The position numbers were made by a program, and so were the translations under genes. Under the pieces are notes generated by a model. The model had not been told where the DNA came from. It did no database searches and saw only the letters and a list, made by a program, of their open reading frames with translations. DNA of 64,000 nt from Botryllus schlosseri. Its lineage: Eukaryota. Of this stretch, positions 24,125-37,900 are shown piece by piece. Position 1 is the stretch's first letter. Every line of letters begins with the position of its first letter. Location: positions 37,698,001-37,762,000 of the forward strand of contig CM119371.1 in the NCBI GenBank assembly GCA_051294905.1, read 5' to 3'.

Positions 24125-25998
24125 GACCGATTTTGCAGCTTCGTTCCGCCTCGCTGAGGCTGGTGTTGAGAATTGTTCTGTGTAAGCGACTGTAGGATTT
24201 CTGGCAATCCAAAAGCTGTCTTCCCGAGTGCAGAAATTATTGAATCTGGTCTTGATCGGAAGCTACTGTTGCACCGATTCCGAAAATATAATTTAAAATG
24301 ATGATCAGGCACTGATCCACGTAGAATCCGTCCTCCAAGTCTGAAATATCGGCATTGTTCGAACAATCGGAGAGTCGCAACGGGTCATTGTTATGGCCAT
24401 TGTGTTGAGGTGACCCGATTGTTCTGAACAATGCCGATATTTCAGACTTGGAGGACATATTCTAGGTCAGTGGTTCCCAACCTTTTTCGACTCATCGCCC
24501 CCTTTTCGAACTCCACACCGATCATCGCCCCCCAAATATTGGTAACGGATAAATGGGCATATAGTCTGAAATCATCGGCGAGTTGACTAAGAAAAAAGGT
24601 CAACTTTTCGGCTTGACCTCGAAATTACATTTTTTCCAGTTAAACTTTGGTGAGTTGGCTAATTAAAAAGGTGATTTCTCCGACATGATTCTCAAAGGAC
24701 CGTAGCAGCACTTCGTCTGCCCCCCCCCCCATACGTTGGTATTGACTCCCCCCCTCCATAGGGAGATAAAGCAAACTTCTGCACCCCTCAGACCCAACTT
24801 CCCGATACCTCTTTACCGCTACTTCTCAACACAAATTGTTGGACTCTTCAGCTAGTCGGCTTAATTCGCGCGAAGCGCGAAAAATTTCTATCATTCATGG
24901 TTGAATCGGTAAATATGATCGGGAATTGCATATTGCTGTCAATTTTTTATCCTCTCTCTGCTCATGTATTCAGATTTACCGGTAAAGCTGCGTGAGGTGT
25001 TTGGAAAATGTAAGGCCCGTAAATAATAATTAAACATGTCATTCGGGCGGACCCGTAGGTATATTGACATCGTTACGTGATGATATTTCGTGGCCTGTCT
25101 GCTATGTCAAAAGATATTCAAATCGCCCATACCCACTAAACTAAAAGACGCGCACGATTTGAAATTGGTATTTCTGCACTGGCAATAATTAATTTTTCCC
25201 TGCGAGACGGCATTTTTTGTGGAGTTCTGATTGCCAGGACAGGAACATTTGGCGCCAGCCATTTAGGCGCCTATGGACAATTAAATATATATATGTATAT
25301 CGTGTATATGTCGAAGTCGGTCAGCATAAAGGCAGTCCTTTCCCGCCAAGGTTTTCTCGTTCTGGCACACTCGGAGTCGCATGTTACATGGCCTGAAACT
25401 TCATATGTCTTAGTTCGCCATGGTGTGATAATGACTGACGCAGAGATGCCCATTTCTATAGCTCATGCGTATTATTTCTTGGAGGAAGGGTATCCAATAA
25501 GCAAGAAATACGAGACCACGAAATGGCGCACAGCGCGAAAATTTTTCGAAAACGTTGCCTGAATTTCCGAAATAATACTCTATAATTATTGTTAATTCAC
25601 GAAAAAATTGGGGGCCTACTTCGAGCTCGGGCGCCCCATCCCAATTGGGGGTTTGGGTGTGACCGTTACGCTCATCGATGCCAATATAGCCATTTCAACG
25701 CGCCATCGCCCCCCTATCGCCTCCTTTGTCTATTTTCGCCCCCCTGGACCGACAAATCGCCCCCTGGGGGGCGATATCGCCCACGTTGGGAACCACAGTT
25801 CTAGGTGGATCAGAGCCTGATCAATATTTTACTTTATATTTTCGGAATCGGTGCAAAGTAGCTTTTGATCAAGACCAGATTCAGTAATTTCTGTGCTCGG
25901 GAAGATAGATTTTGGATTGCCAGAAATCCTACAGTCGCTACGCAAAACAATTCTCTACTCCAGCCTCGGCAAAGCGGAACGAAGCTGCAAAATCGGTC
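24125..25998. mobile_element. Foldback/hairpin MITE with arms of about 245 bp, right arm interrupted by a hAT MITE
   Basis: 24125-24370 is the near reverse complement of 24415-24467 plus 25807-25998. Confidence 0.8.
24468..25798. mobile_element. hAT MITE (CAGTGGTTCCCAAC family)
   Basis: TIR CAGTGGTTCCCAAC / GTTGGGAACCACAG, perfect TSD TTCTAGGT. Confidence 0.9.
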
Positions 25999-26648
25999 TT
26001 CGTATTATCAGTAGGGCGGTTTTTTTTAATTTGAGCACGCGGGTCGTCAGATAAGGGATTAGCAATTATGTTGCGTTCAGATTGCTGAGTAGTAATTTCC
26101 TCCGGGCAAGCAAGCGTGACGACGGGTGTTGAGTATCTATCCGTAGGTTAGTTATCTATAGTCCACACCATTAAGGACACTATGGATACACCGACCGTTT
26201 GATCACCCAAGACACGGTGTAGTAGTATCTAGATTAAATTGTTATTGGAACAGCACGATAAAATGTGAACGCTAGATTAGTCGCAAATGCTCTGTAGTCT
26301 GAGAAAGGAAACCAGAAGCTGAGAATATTGTTATAGCAAGACGTTGCCAATTTATCGATTTACTTGTTCCAAGTTAGAAAAAAATGTGGCGCTCATCACC
26401 TTCGGATTTTAAGCGCCAACCTTGCGTCTTCTTTCTTGTGAACTATAAATGTTGATGAATCACAAACTTTGAGTAAATGCTGTAAAGCTAGTCCCGACTC
26501 CGTTAAACACTGGCCGCTGGGCAATTAAATGCGGTTAATCACGTCGAGTGGATGAGTGGACTCGAGAGAACTGAAACCGATCAACTAAGGCTTCGACAAA
26601 TATCTTTCTATACTATTCGCTGACAAATCCCCGATCCGATGTCGTCAG

Positions 26649-27150
26649 GATCCGTTAGCGGGGTGGACTCAAGTTGGATATGATCATTGTTACTACTTAC
26701 TGTCCAACACTAGTAGGCCTAAGACATGGACCGCCGCTGACGCCGCATGTAAAGCAGCCATATCCGGGGGCAGACTCGCCGTCACCGATCTCAACGTAGA
26801 TGCGATTGCCAGGAAGTGAGACCTTTTTCTCGGTATTTTTCCCGAACTTGATTACCATAGCTTATCTGAAATGTTTCAGAGCTCTGATCGACGAGGTACC
26901 AGCTACAGGAGTTACCTTCCGGGTCGAAGTAGACGGCGTAATAAATTCTGGTCTTCCGGGCATCGATGCGTATATAGCTCCGTTGAATGGACTCTTTGTG
27001 AAGACCGCTGGCACCCCAGGCTTCTCTGCTTCCGCAACGGCAGCGGTTGAACCGGCCTATGGCCGCGTGGATGCTGCCAATACCGATGTCCTTGTATTCT
27101 TAGCATGCGATGGCCCTAATCGCCGCTACCTCTGCGAAGTATGCCTTTGA
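26649..27150 (+). CDS. Leaderless C-type lectin exon 5+6 cassette (copy B2), frame open
   Basis: Exons 26649-26815 and 26880-27150 with a 64-nt GT-AG intron give DPLAGWTQVGYDHCYYLLSN...WTAADAACK...GRLAV...RRYLCEVCL*. It carries W>R (TFRVE) and C>Y (AYGRV) changes at conserved sites. No dedicated exons 1-4 were found, so it may be a pseudogene. Confidence 0.55.
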
Positions 27151-27665
27151 AGAATGTCGCACGCGACCCAGATGTGATCACAAAGGCCTGGCGGATATTA
27201 TTTTGAATTAATTTGTGAAAGCCACTGACACGTCCGTTTGGTAATATAAGGAATATAAACGTGTCACCGGATCTGCTACCTAGCATGAAATGTAAAGCCT
27301 CCAACCAACAAGGCGATTACATATTTATCCCTCCTCCCTGATATTCTCGTGATTGAAGTTTGAAAATCTTCTGACGTGACATGCTTGCTTTGACGTGACT
27401 TTCAAAACGTTTTCGGCAATTTCCAAGTACGAATAGAAATCCCGATCTCAAACTGACGAGAGCCTGGATCCGGTCACCAATAGGGGAAACACCGTTCGTA
27501 GTCTCGGATGATTGATTTCGGCGCCATCGAGTAGATGGAAAGTAGTGCGGCTTTCAATCATGCGGTGTTTCTCGTAATTGACATTCATGATGAATTTTTC
27601 TATATTTCGATATTAATGATTCATATTTTTACAGAAAAAGCATCTTTCGAAAGAGTGGCTCAGTT

Positions 27666-29286
27666 CAGTGGTTCTTAACCTGGGGGTAATTACCCCCAAC
27701 GGGGTAATTTACTAATTTATCGGGGGTAATTCAAATAGAAATTTTTACTTAGTTATAACGCTGCACTAAAGTATTTTCAAACGTAAATATTAATGTAGGG
27801 AGGCCAACATGTATTTTTGCTAGCTTGATGTGTATATTTCGTTTCACTCAACACACCATGCCTGCTCTGATATCATAGTAACCAGTAATGATTATGAATA
27901 ACCAGGGTTGTAATGACTCGAGTCATGACTCGACTCAAGTCCGACTCGAGTCACGATTTTCTGATGACTCGACTTGACTCGAGTCATTTTTTCAAAATAC
28001 GAAAATGACTCGACTCGACTCGAGTCAATCTCTGTATTGACTCGACTTGGACTCGAGTCATTGCGCATGACTCGAACCAAGTCATTGACTCGAGACTCTG
28101 ACGGCCAATACCGACATTTCATTGTAATTCCGAAGCCAACACACCATTGGAATTTCGTCTGTTGGCCTGTATGGAATCGGTGTCTTGTGCTCACACTATA
28201 TTCTATTTTTTAATTACTTTTTATTAAATTACTTTAACTTGGAAAATCATTGCTGCTGACCTGATATATCAGGCAAAAAGGCCAGCGATTCCAATCAGGT
28301 CTGTTGGTACTGTTACTTGAAAATGCGACCATAAAGTTGTTATATTATAAATGCGAACCATTCGATATCACCAAACAAGAGTTATAAAAAGTGGGTTTAC
28401 CAAGACTTTAATTGGAAACATGAGCACTGAGCAGTCAACACAATGACTTGGACTCGGACTCGAGTCATAATACCATGACTCGGACTCGAACCTCTGCTCG
28501 GTGACTTAGACTCGAACTTGACTCGGTGGTGAATTGAAATGACTCGATTTGACTCGGGTCAAAACTATAAAAGTGAGATTGACTTGTGACTCGGAGCCTT
28601 GTGACTTGGTTGCAACCCTGTGAATAACAGGGCCGAATGTAGTTGAGTATAGTGCTAGGTATTACCAATTTATTTTCCAATAATGCGGATCATATATTGT
28701 TTCACATGGTGACAAACTGAAAGACAACAAGGGACGTCTAAGCTTTACACCTATAACGCAGTAACAATATCGTAGAAATATAGTTGTTTTGTTGAAAAGT
28801 GTAGTAGAGGTCTAGCCTAGTCAGTAAAACCAAGTCTGAAATCTTTAAAATGGCTTCGAAGAAACGAGGGGACGACTGTGGAAACTTTGAGGTTCGCCCT
28901 CAAAATGAATAACCAATCTTTGCCATAATGGCATTGAACTTTCTGATTGAATTTCCTTCAACTTACTGCTGTGAAGTAGGATCTTCTGCAATGGTAGGTA
29001 TCTATCAAAACGAAATAAAATTGCGATTGACAATTACATGAGAGGTGATGTCTATAATCCTCCCCTTTGTCTAGATTTGACCACTGCATAACACGAAAAC
29101 AGCATCAGCCCTCCCATTGACTAGATATTTTTAACAGACATTTCAGTGTACATTATGAGGTCATTTTTGTGCTCTTTTACAATTATTTGAGTGCAAGCTG
29201 TAATTTGTTATATTTTGAAAGGGGGGAATTGCATCCCGTCATTTTCTTCTAGGGGGTAACGATATGAAAAAGGTTAAGAGCCACTG
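27666..29286. mobile_element. hAT MITE inserted in the conserved downstream block of copy B2
   Basis: CAGTGGTTCTTAACCT / AGGTTAAGAGCCACTG, TSD GCTCAGTT / GCTTAGTC. Confidence 0.8.
27903..28620. mobile_element. hAT MITE with GACTC/GAGTC subterminal repeats (nested)
   Basis: CAGGGTTG / CAACCCTG ends, perfect TSD TGAATAAC. Confidence 0.9.
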
Positions 29287-31385
29287 GCTTAGTCATTAAA
29301 AATATATATCCATCGTTGCGAGGGTCTTTGTCAGTGCGTGAGCTGATCAGAAGCCAGAAAAGATGTAGAACAAGTTGAATATGAATTTTAAAACCAAGTT
29401 ACATAGATTCGAGAAATTAGTTCGCGGGAGGTTTACCGGGCTTACTCCGAGGGCTACGCGTGGTTCGATGTTTTGATTCTTGAGATAATGCGCCACAACA
29501 GCTTTTGTATGCAGTTCACAGTCGTGCGTATTGTAATCGGACCGGCATTCTGTAATTTAGAAAGTTTTAACTGTTTTTAACTCGATAATACTAAACTAAG
29601 ATCTCGTGACTCGGGACATAGGTCGACTCTGACTCGCATTTCCAGCGATTTAGCCAGAATATTTTGATTGCTGCCGTTATCGTGTCTATGGTGCTCGAAA
29701 ATTCTAATCGGGTAGAGAAAAACGATTTGTTCAAGTGATGAATTTGTTACATATTAAGTTACAAATTTAGGCTTCTCATTTACTTCATGTTGTTTTGAAA
29801 TCGTAATGAGTGGCACACGAATTCTCGATTCGTTGCCTAAGGCTCAAATCGGAGTCGAATCACCGATGCACTCGATTTATCTACCCTAAAATAAGTGTCA
29901 AAATCACAGATGATAGACTCACACTCGCCCACTGACAAGAAACAGATCTAGCGATTTAAAAGTCGTATTACATCAGCTTTCAGTCCAACTGACAGTAGGG
30001 ATATTTTGGAAAGGTGAAAGGGGGACACTTTTTCAAAATTTTCAGGCTTACAATTATAGAGTGAAATCCGGATTGAATGTTTTATTTTTCGACTTTGTGG
30101 TTGGTTGCTAACCCACCGGAACGTTACTGGAGTACTGATTTCCTTAATATCAGTCGAACTTTATCCTATATTCAACCAAACATCTCAACAAAGAAGTTAA
30201 ATTCTCAAAAAGAGGATATTTTGGCGTCTTCTGAGGACACTTTCAAAAAATTCAAAAAATAAGACAAATCTTTTTAAAAGAGGACGTATGGTAACTCTAA
30301 CTTACACCAGTCTGAAACACTCGGATAGTGATGACGTCACGTGTCGAGAAAGCATTTGCAAAATTTGCCCTTAAACTGCTTCACTGATTCGCTGTACTGG
30401 TATTTAACCCAGCATTAGGTCAAAACATATCGATTCCAAAGATGTGACGCGTTTGTTTGGATCAGGATCTAACGATAACGCGACAATTACAAAGCTCAGG
30501 TCGGAATGTACGTGGAGCTAATGCTGATCGTTGTTCTCGTCATTTTCGATATTATTTGGATATATCAAGTCACTCTTACTGGATGACATCATTACGATTG
30601 ATGCTCGGCTCGAAGATTCATACTAGGCGAATAATCCAGACACTCGGGTACTCGATTTTGCTAAGCCCTCGAAATTAGCGGTGATTGTGAAATATGGTAT
30701 CGCACCGAATCACAACTAAATTGAAATCAATATTTTGCATTTTCACGGTTCGCCCATCCGAGAGAGTTTAATTTAACCCCGAAACTGACACCTCAGTCAT
30801 GTGATTTTTAAGACGTCTATCTTTACGAGATGGTAATTTGAGGGCGCCGCCTTTCTTCATAATATTTTTTTTCTGTTCACACGTTAATAGTTTGCCGTCC
30901 AAGTCTGTACAGGTGGCTACAAATATTCAGGCTAATACATAACCAAATATTGCGCGGAAATTCAGTTTTGCGTTGCGCTTCGCGCAGAATTTAATTTATT
31001 GGACAATCATTTTCAATCGACTTCACTCCACCAGTTAAACAGGACCCATGGACCTAGAGAAGACATAACTTTATTATTAGGAATAGTATGAACAGACTAG
31101 ATACATTAATAACTTTGATCAAAACTTTTTCGTGCTTCGTGCCATCCTTGATGACTGCTTGCTCCAAAAAAATTCCTGAACCGTAATCGAGATCATTCAT
31201 ATTTTATATGATAAATATTTTTTGAAATATCTCTTGAAAACAAGATTGTATAAACCAATAATAACACCTAACTTGTTATTGTAACATGCAACTTCTGCTC
31301 TTGAATTGATATTATCGGGCAAAAGAACTTGAAGTCTTCGACTGGAAGGACTTTGGATCATAAAAGCAAGATAAGCTGTACCTTT

Positions 31386-31863
31386 CAGATGAGCATGGAT
31401 TAGGATTTGGATTTGATAAAACCGGATTTGTAAAATTTTGTTGGATCATAATTGGATTGGGATTATAGATAATTTTATGAACGAATTAGGATTTGGATTG
31501 GATTTACCGATTTTCTGGGAGATTGTTATTTCGTGTGGCGAATGGCGACAAACTTTATTCGGATCCGGTATCAATGTACTTATGCTACACTACGCTATGC
31601 TACACTCGGTGCCAATGAACATAAGAGGTGAAGCCGTATGCCGAGTTATCTTAAATCAAGAGAATTGTTGGTTGTGAAAGAAAAACTTTCAATCCGTCCC
31701 ATGCACAAATCACAATTTTTTTTTGAATTTCAAGTTAGAATCGTATTAAAATTGAACACGGATTAGAATATAACACAGTCCGTGATTAAGATTTGGATTA
31801 GGACATAAAGCTTTGGATTTGGATTGGATTGCGATATGTAAATTCCAAACCCGCTCATCTCTG
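31386..31863. mobile_element. MITE with GGATT repeats
   Basis: CAGATGAGC ... GCTCATCTCTG ends with dense GGATT motifs. A similar patch lies near 39500-39780. Confidence 0.55.
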
Positions 31864-32345
31864 CTGTAGCATTCGTTATCCTAACATTCGAATTTTAAAC
31901 ATGCAAAATGCAATGAAGTGATCATAATGATACAAATTACGTAAAGTGAATGATGGAAAATGTCGCGATGATACCCAAAGAATGGACATTGTCTGTCTCC
32001 AAACGCGTGTTAGACATGCGCTCGGCCTAGGTTATCAAGACAGCTTGGCAATGTGTACAATGTGTACATGTTTATGCAAAGGTCGCGTTCTACCTTTGCG
32101 CGTTTGATCTGAATTTAGTTTGTCTGTCCGTCCCAAGCATATCAATTGAAGGAAGTTGAGATTGCAGATGTATCAATGACTATAACACAGCACCCGTTTA
32201 GATATGTTTTCAATCGTTTTGACGCAGTCTGATAGTATATATATCAGCAACGATATCAGATGGCCTCATGAACTGAACTTTTTAAATGGGGAGTCATTTA
32301 GGGTGTCGCATTTTCTCTTCTCGTCTGTTCCTCGCCACTTTAGAG

Positions 32346-34220
32346 CAGTGTTGGGATCAAGTCACTACCTTCGAGTCACGAGTCATTGCACATTTTGACT
32401 CGAGTCAAGTCAAGTCAATTGATTTTCGAAGGTGACTCGAGTCAAGTCAAGTCAGTCGATTTTCGGAGGTGACTCGAGTCAAGTCGAGTCAAGTCAAGTC
32501 AAGTCACGAGTCAAGTCACAATTCAAGTCAAGTTGCTTCTCGAAGTATGAGGCATGATAACGTCATTGCATTTTGCTAGCTGCCTGAAATACAGATTGAG
32601 TGATCATTGATTTTAACCGATGAACGAATATAGAGTTAAATATAAACGCAAGAAGGCGCTGTATCTATCACATATAAGTAGAACTAATAAACTACGTAAG
32701 TAATTGAACAGCCTCAGTTTATAGTTACCAGCCAAAATAGAGAATACAGGAACGAATTGATAAGAAGCAATACATTACCCTTTTGCAAATTGATATGACA
32801 CAATTCGAGCCTGCGCCAATGGTTGAGGACTATATGAACTATTTTCGAATTCAATTTCAATAAAACAAGAGGTTTGGTTGAGTTAAGAACACAGAACAGA
32901 AATATACATTTTGCTATTAAATTACTTTACTATACTATAGTTTACGACAACTTAGGCTGCCAGCTTCGATCACTTTGTTTGCGATCAATATATTTGTGAG
33001 AGAACAATGGAGGCTCAGTAAAACGATCATTGTGTGATTGGTCCCTCTCACGAGTTACACCAGCGTTGCGCGAACAATCCGAACATATGCAAGATAGAGT
33101 GATTTTTATCGACACCGATTACTTGATGACTTGAAATTGACTCGTGAATTTTGCTCCGAGTCACGAGTCAATCCACATTTCTGATACGCCGAGTCAAGTC
33201 AAGTCAAGTCATTTTAGCAAAGTGACTCGAGTCAAGTCAAGTCATACGAAAAAGTGACTCGAGTCTGCTACCGAGTCAAGTCCGAGTCCAAGTCAAGGAG
33301 TGGAGTGTCGAGTCCGAGTCATAGTGTTTTGACTCGATTCCGAGTCCAAGTCATTGTGTTGACTGTTCAGTGCTCAGTTCCGACTTAATGACATGCGAAA
33401 CCTACGTTTTACAACTCTGCTTGGTGATATCGAATGCTTCGCATTCTAAATATACTAATTTTCCGCACTTTTAATAGTTTCTGGTAGCATTTTGAAGTAC
33501 CAGTACTGTAACAGATAGCTGTGTCATGCTGGAGCGATACGTAGCTGAACTGAGACTTGCTGTCCTTCGGTTGGTCATTCCTTAACTCACGAGTTAACTC
33601 GGTCGGATGTATTGCAGAGAATAAGTACGTCAGACACTGTGATGAATCTCAAGTGTCAGGTGCCGACTTGAGACAAACGTGGGTTTTTATAACCGTAAAT
33701 GCGTAACAATGCATGTAATTGTAACGATTAAGCCAATGAGAACGGTTGGTGAAGTTCTAGCGATAAGAAAAGGCAGAACTCTAGCTAGAACTTTTGTTTG
33801 GCGTAACAATGATGACTAAGCTTGCGCAACACTAGAAGAAATAAATTTCTAATAGTTGTCATGATATGGTCAACTCCTAGTACTACGAACGCAGTAGGCT
33901 ATATTTCCTTCATAACAAATACCTGGCGTTAACTAGGGACATTGCATTAAAAGGACCAGCGGTCTGCTACAATACTGATGAACGAAATAGTAATGGTGTG
34001 ATTAACTTCACTATGCTTCGAAATTGCAATAAAATGCCTGTCTTGGTAGACCAAATCTCGAATCATATGATTAGGTCCAAGTCATGTGCAATGACTCGAG
34101 TACAAGTCGAGTCAATACACAAATTAACTCGAGTCGAGTCGGGGCATTTGTAATTTTTGGGAAAATGACTCGAGTCAAGTCGAGTCATCAAAAAATCGCG
34201 ACTCGAGTCTGACAACCCTG
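32346..34220. mobile_element. Two adjacent or fused GAGTC/AAGTC-repeat hAT MITE remnants
   Basis: Starts CAGTGTTGGGATC and ends CAACCCTG, with GAGTCAAGTC arrays. 32346-33200 is homologous to the minus copy ending at 38172, and 33300-34220 to the 27903 family. Confidence 0.7.
33507..33971. mobile_element. Probable solo LTR
   Basis: TG...CA ends with a short inverted repeat TGTAACAGA / TCTGCTACA and a 4-bp TSD-like GTAC / ATAC. It is absent from the homologous MITE sequence near 21610. Confidence 0.55.
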
Positions 34221-34902
34221 CTAGACATTCAGGGCATCCGCGAAGCAGAAGTTATACGGCAGTGATCCCGGATTTTTTGTGAACTATTATATTCTGCATG
34301 TAACCTGCATATAATGTATTCGCATTGGCGTATTCTATGAATACCTATGCCTAATTTTAGGTCCTGCGTTCAGAAAATTTTGAGCTCATTCTGCACTTCC
34401 TTGCCTTCACGGAACTCGATGCCAATGTCTTATTTTTCAGTGTTGACTCGAGTGCAACCACAATTCGGCCATCGGAAGATCATATTGTGGCATGGGAACA
34501 TGTTCAATTTATTGACTGTTTTCAGGGATTATTTATTGAAACTATTTCTTACTAAACATTTCAACATTTCTTAGAAATATGTTACATGGATAATCCAATC
34601 ATTTCCAATCTAGTCAAATTACTTCGCAGGCAGCATGGAATCGTCTGGCCATGTGTTTGACACCCCTGGACTAGGCAAATAAGAAGCATGTAGCTATGGA
34701 CACAATATGTTAGCGCGACCTGGAGATCGGGTAACCCAAAATATCTGTTGTTTATAGCAAAGTATATTGAGGACATTCGCGCTATTCGTGTTCACCTTAG
34801 AATTGATGCTGTGTGTAAAAGAGCAAATACCTCAAGACATTTAAACGACTACCATCATCTTTGCATTTCTGCATTCTGTAGTCCTTAGCTTGTAGATTAA
34901 AA

Positions 34903-37900
34903 ATGAATATTACATTTCTTTGCCTTGTGATTTACGCTTACATCGTCAATGCTTCTGATCGTAAGTTCTGCGTTATATTCCATGAAATGATCGCACTATG
35001 ATTCTTGTTTCGACAGAAGGCGACAACGAGCCGGTACCACAGCAGGTGAGTCGGTTCAGTATTTCGTTTTAATGACGCGGCATTCAAGTTGGCCATTTTT
35101 CATAAGTTTCGAATCGAACCTAAAAACTTTCGGCTCCAAACCTCCTTTTTCAGGCAGTGCTTGACTGGTATAACGACAGAGGCAGGAACCCAGTCTACTA
35201 TGGGCCTGTATTCAGACAGCCCCAACCTACATACCGGCCTCAGCCTAATCGAAATAGCTTCGACATCTGGAACCCCTACACTCTGTACTTCTTAATCAGT
35301 GAGTGGTCGAATTCCAGCGTGTCAGCGAAGGCACTTCTAAGTTCAAATGTATTCATCGTATATTCCCACGCTGAGCTAGCTCAGCGGCATAAAAATGTTT
35401 CAAGCAAGGTTTCTGATTAGAACATGTATGCTCTGAAGGGCCTTCCGTCTTAAATGGGACCCTACCGGTAAGGTAGCCCTCCACGCTATCACAAATATGC
35501 TGAGAGCCAAGCGGTAATATTAAAAGATTTATTGATTATGTCTATCGTCTGACCCGTTCGCGACTGAGCCACTACCGTTCAATAACCCATGTACTCCACA
35601 ATTACGCTATCTTGTCTGGCATGCTCATATCACAGACATATTTTTGACAAAGGAACGGTTTCAGTAATTCAGTGTTGTGCATGTCGGCCCAAAGTACAGT
35701 CGCGTCAACAACCACCACAATGGCGATGAACAGTGAGATTATATTAGTATGTATTTTTTGCTTCTTTGACTTGACGACCCGGTCCCAGATATCCATCCTA
35801 TGTCAACGCTAATAATGACTGTTTGATCGTTTATTTCACGATGAAGTGGTTTCGAAATCGAACTGTTTCAGGAATAGTAACCCACAACGTGAACGTAGGA
35901 TTGACAGAGCATTGTAAGGTATTGTATGGTTTCGCAGTATGATATGATATATGGATAGTGGGCACATTAGAACTTACAGCCAGATCGTGAAATTAATGGT
36001 AAATCTCAAACTGTTTTGGGTAGAGCAATAAAAACGTGGATGTTGCAATACGCCACGAAGGTTCTGTGTCTCATATAATGGCAGATTTAACGTGAGAATA
36101 TTATTATTATTATAGCCGGAACGAACATTCTAGTTTAGTTCATGCCCAAACACCAAAAAGGATGTCAAACCTTTAAACTAAATGCTTCTAAAAACGTGCC
36201 TTAAGCTGGATCCAATATAGATATTAAGAATTCCCAAATTGCAAATGAGCCAAAGCAGAATCGGTATCTCAAACGGACGGGGTATCAAGTTTAAAAGAGA
36301 CTGTGCTCTGACCAGCCATGGCTACGCGGCTGTTAGTATTGGTGACTTCGATTTACAGCAATGGCTGCAAGAACATCACACAACGGAACCGGTATCGTGA
36401 TCACGTCGACGCGGGTTTTCTAGTAGTTGTGCACCTACTTTTTAATGTGCAAAGAGAACGGGCACTAGTCAATAAACCAGCAGAGGTGACCGTTACCAAA
36501 TAGTTCGGTGTGGTTTGTACAAGTATGTTCGCTAAGGTTGTGTCGAAACACTTCCTATAGTCGAAACCCGGACACAATCGTTTCAACAAATTTGTCGTTT
36601 TCTTATTCGTTAACTATTCACCTATTCGATTTCTTCAGAACCCGTTAGCCGGCTGCACCCAAGTGGGCGATAATAATTGCTGCTACCTGCTGTCCACGGA
36701 CACATTGAACTGGGACGAGGCCAAGGCCAAATGCGAAGAAACTGAAGGAGCCGTTTTCGCAGTCATCGGTTTCAATGCGCGTACGGCCGAGAGAAAGTGG
36801 GATTGATTTCCTCGCATTTTCCCTTTGAGTGATTCTCACCGAATTGCTGAAACGCATGTAACAAATGTATGAAGTAATTTCAAAAATATGACCAAACCAC
36901 TTCAAGTGCAAGTAAAAATGGAGGTTTAGAGATGATCCAATTGCTTAAGCAAGTAGTTTCTGAAGGTAAATCGGGTCGGGGAGTCGCACACTTTTATGGT
37001 GGTTGCTTCAAAAGTTCCGTGTGGCTCTGACGAAAATTCCCAATCGGACCCGTCTCGCTTATGGCCGAAGTTAGTCAAATTTGACATACTACTAGAAGTA
37101 GAAGTAAAGCCACAAATTTATACTCCATTAGAACTAGAGATTGAGATTTCCAAGAGATGTCAAAACGACTTCAGGTAGAAGCAGAAACAATGCCATGAAG
37201 TTATACTGAAATACGAGTAGGAGCCCTTTCCAAGACATGTCACCGCTGCTTCATGTATTAGGGTGGCTGATCTTGCATGTACTTGGATTGTGCGCGATGA
37301 GCCGGTGTGACCTGTGAATGTGAGCAATCACTCAGTAAATGTGCGTTTCAAGGAGCCTCCATTGTTCTATCACAAATTAATTGATCGCGAACGGAGTGAT
37401 CGGAGCTTACGGCTTAAGTTGTTGTAAACTAGTAGTAAATTATCGCAAAGGTAAAGTATCAATCTCTGTTCTATAGACTGCTCATTGTCGTCGGTACTCT
37501 CTTTAGACAAACCTCTTGTATGATTTCAATCGAATTTTAATATAGTTTATATCACTCGCCAACCATCGGCGCGGGCCTAAACTGTATCGCACGAATGTGC
37601 AGTTGTGCTCAGATCAATTAGTTTTTGAGGTTTCGTATTCTATTTTCTATTTAGACTGATAATTATAGACTGAGGTTGTGCAGTTACTTATGCGTAGTTT
37701 AGCAGTTCTGCGTATGCTTAAACGGTAAGACGCCATTTTGCAAGTATATTTACCTCTATATTCGTCCGGCGATTCAATATAAATTTCGAGTTGACTTGAC
37801 TCGACTCGACTCGACTTTTGACTCGACTTGACTCGACTTGACTCGACTCGATTCGACTCGACTTGACTCGACTCGACTCGACTTGACTCGACTTGACTCG

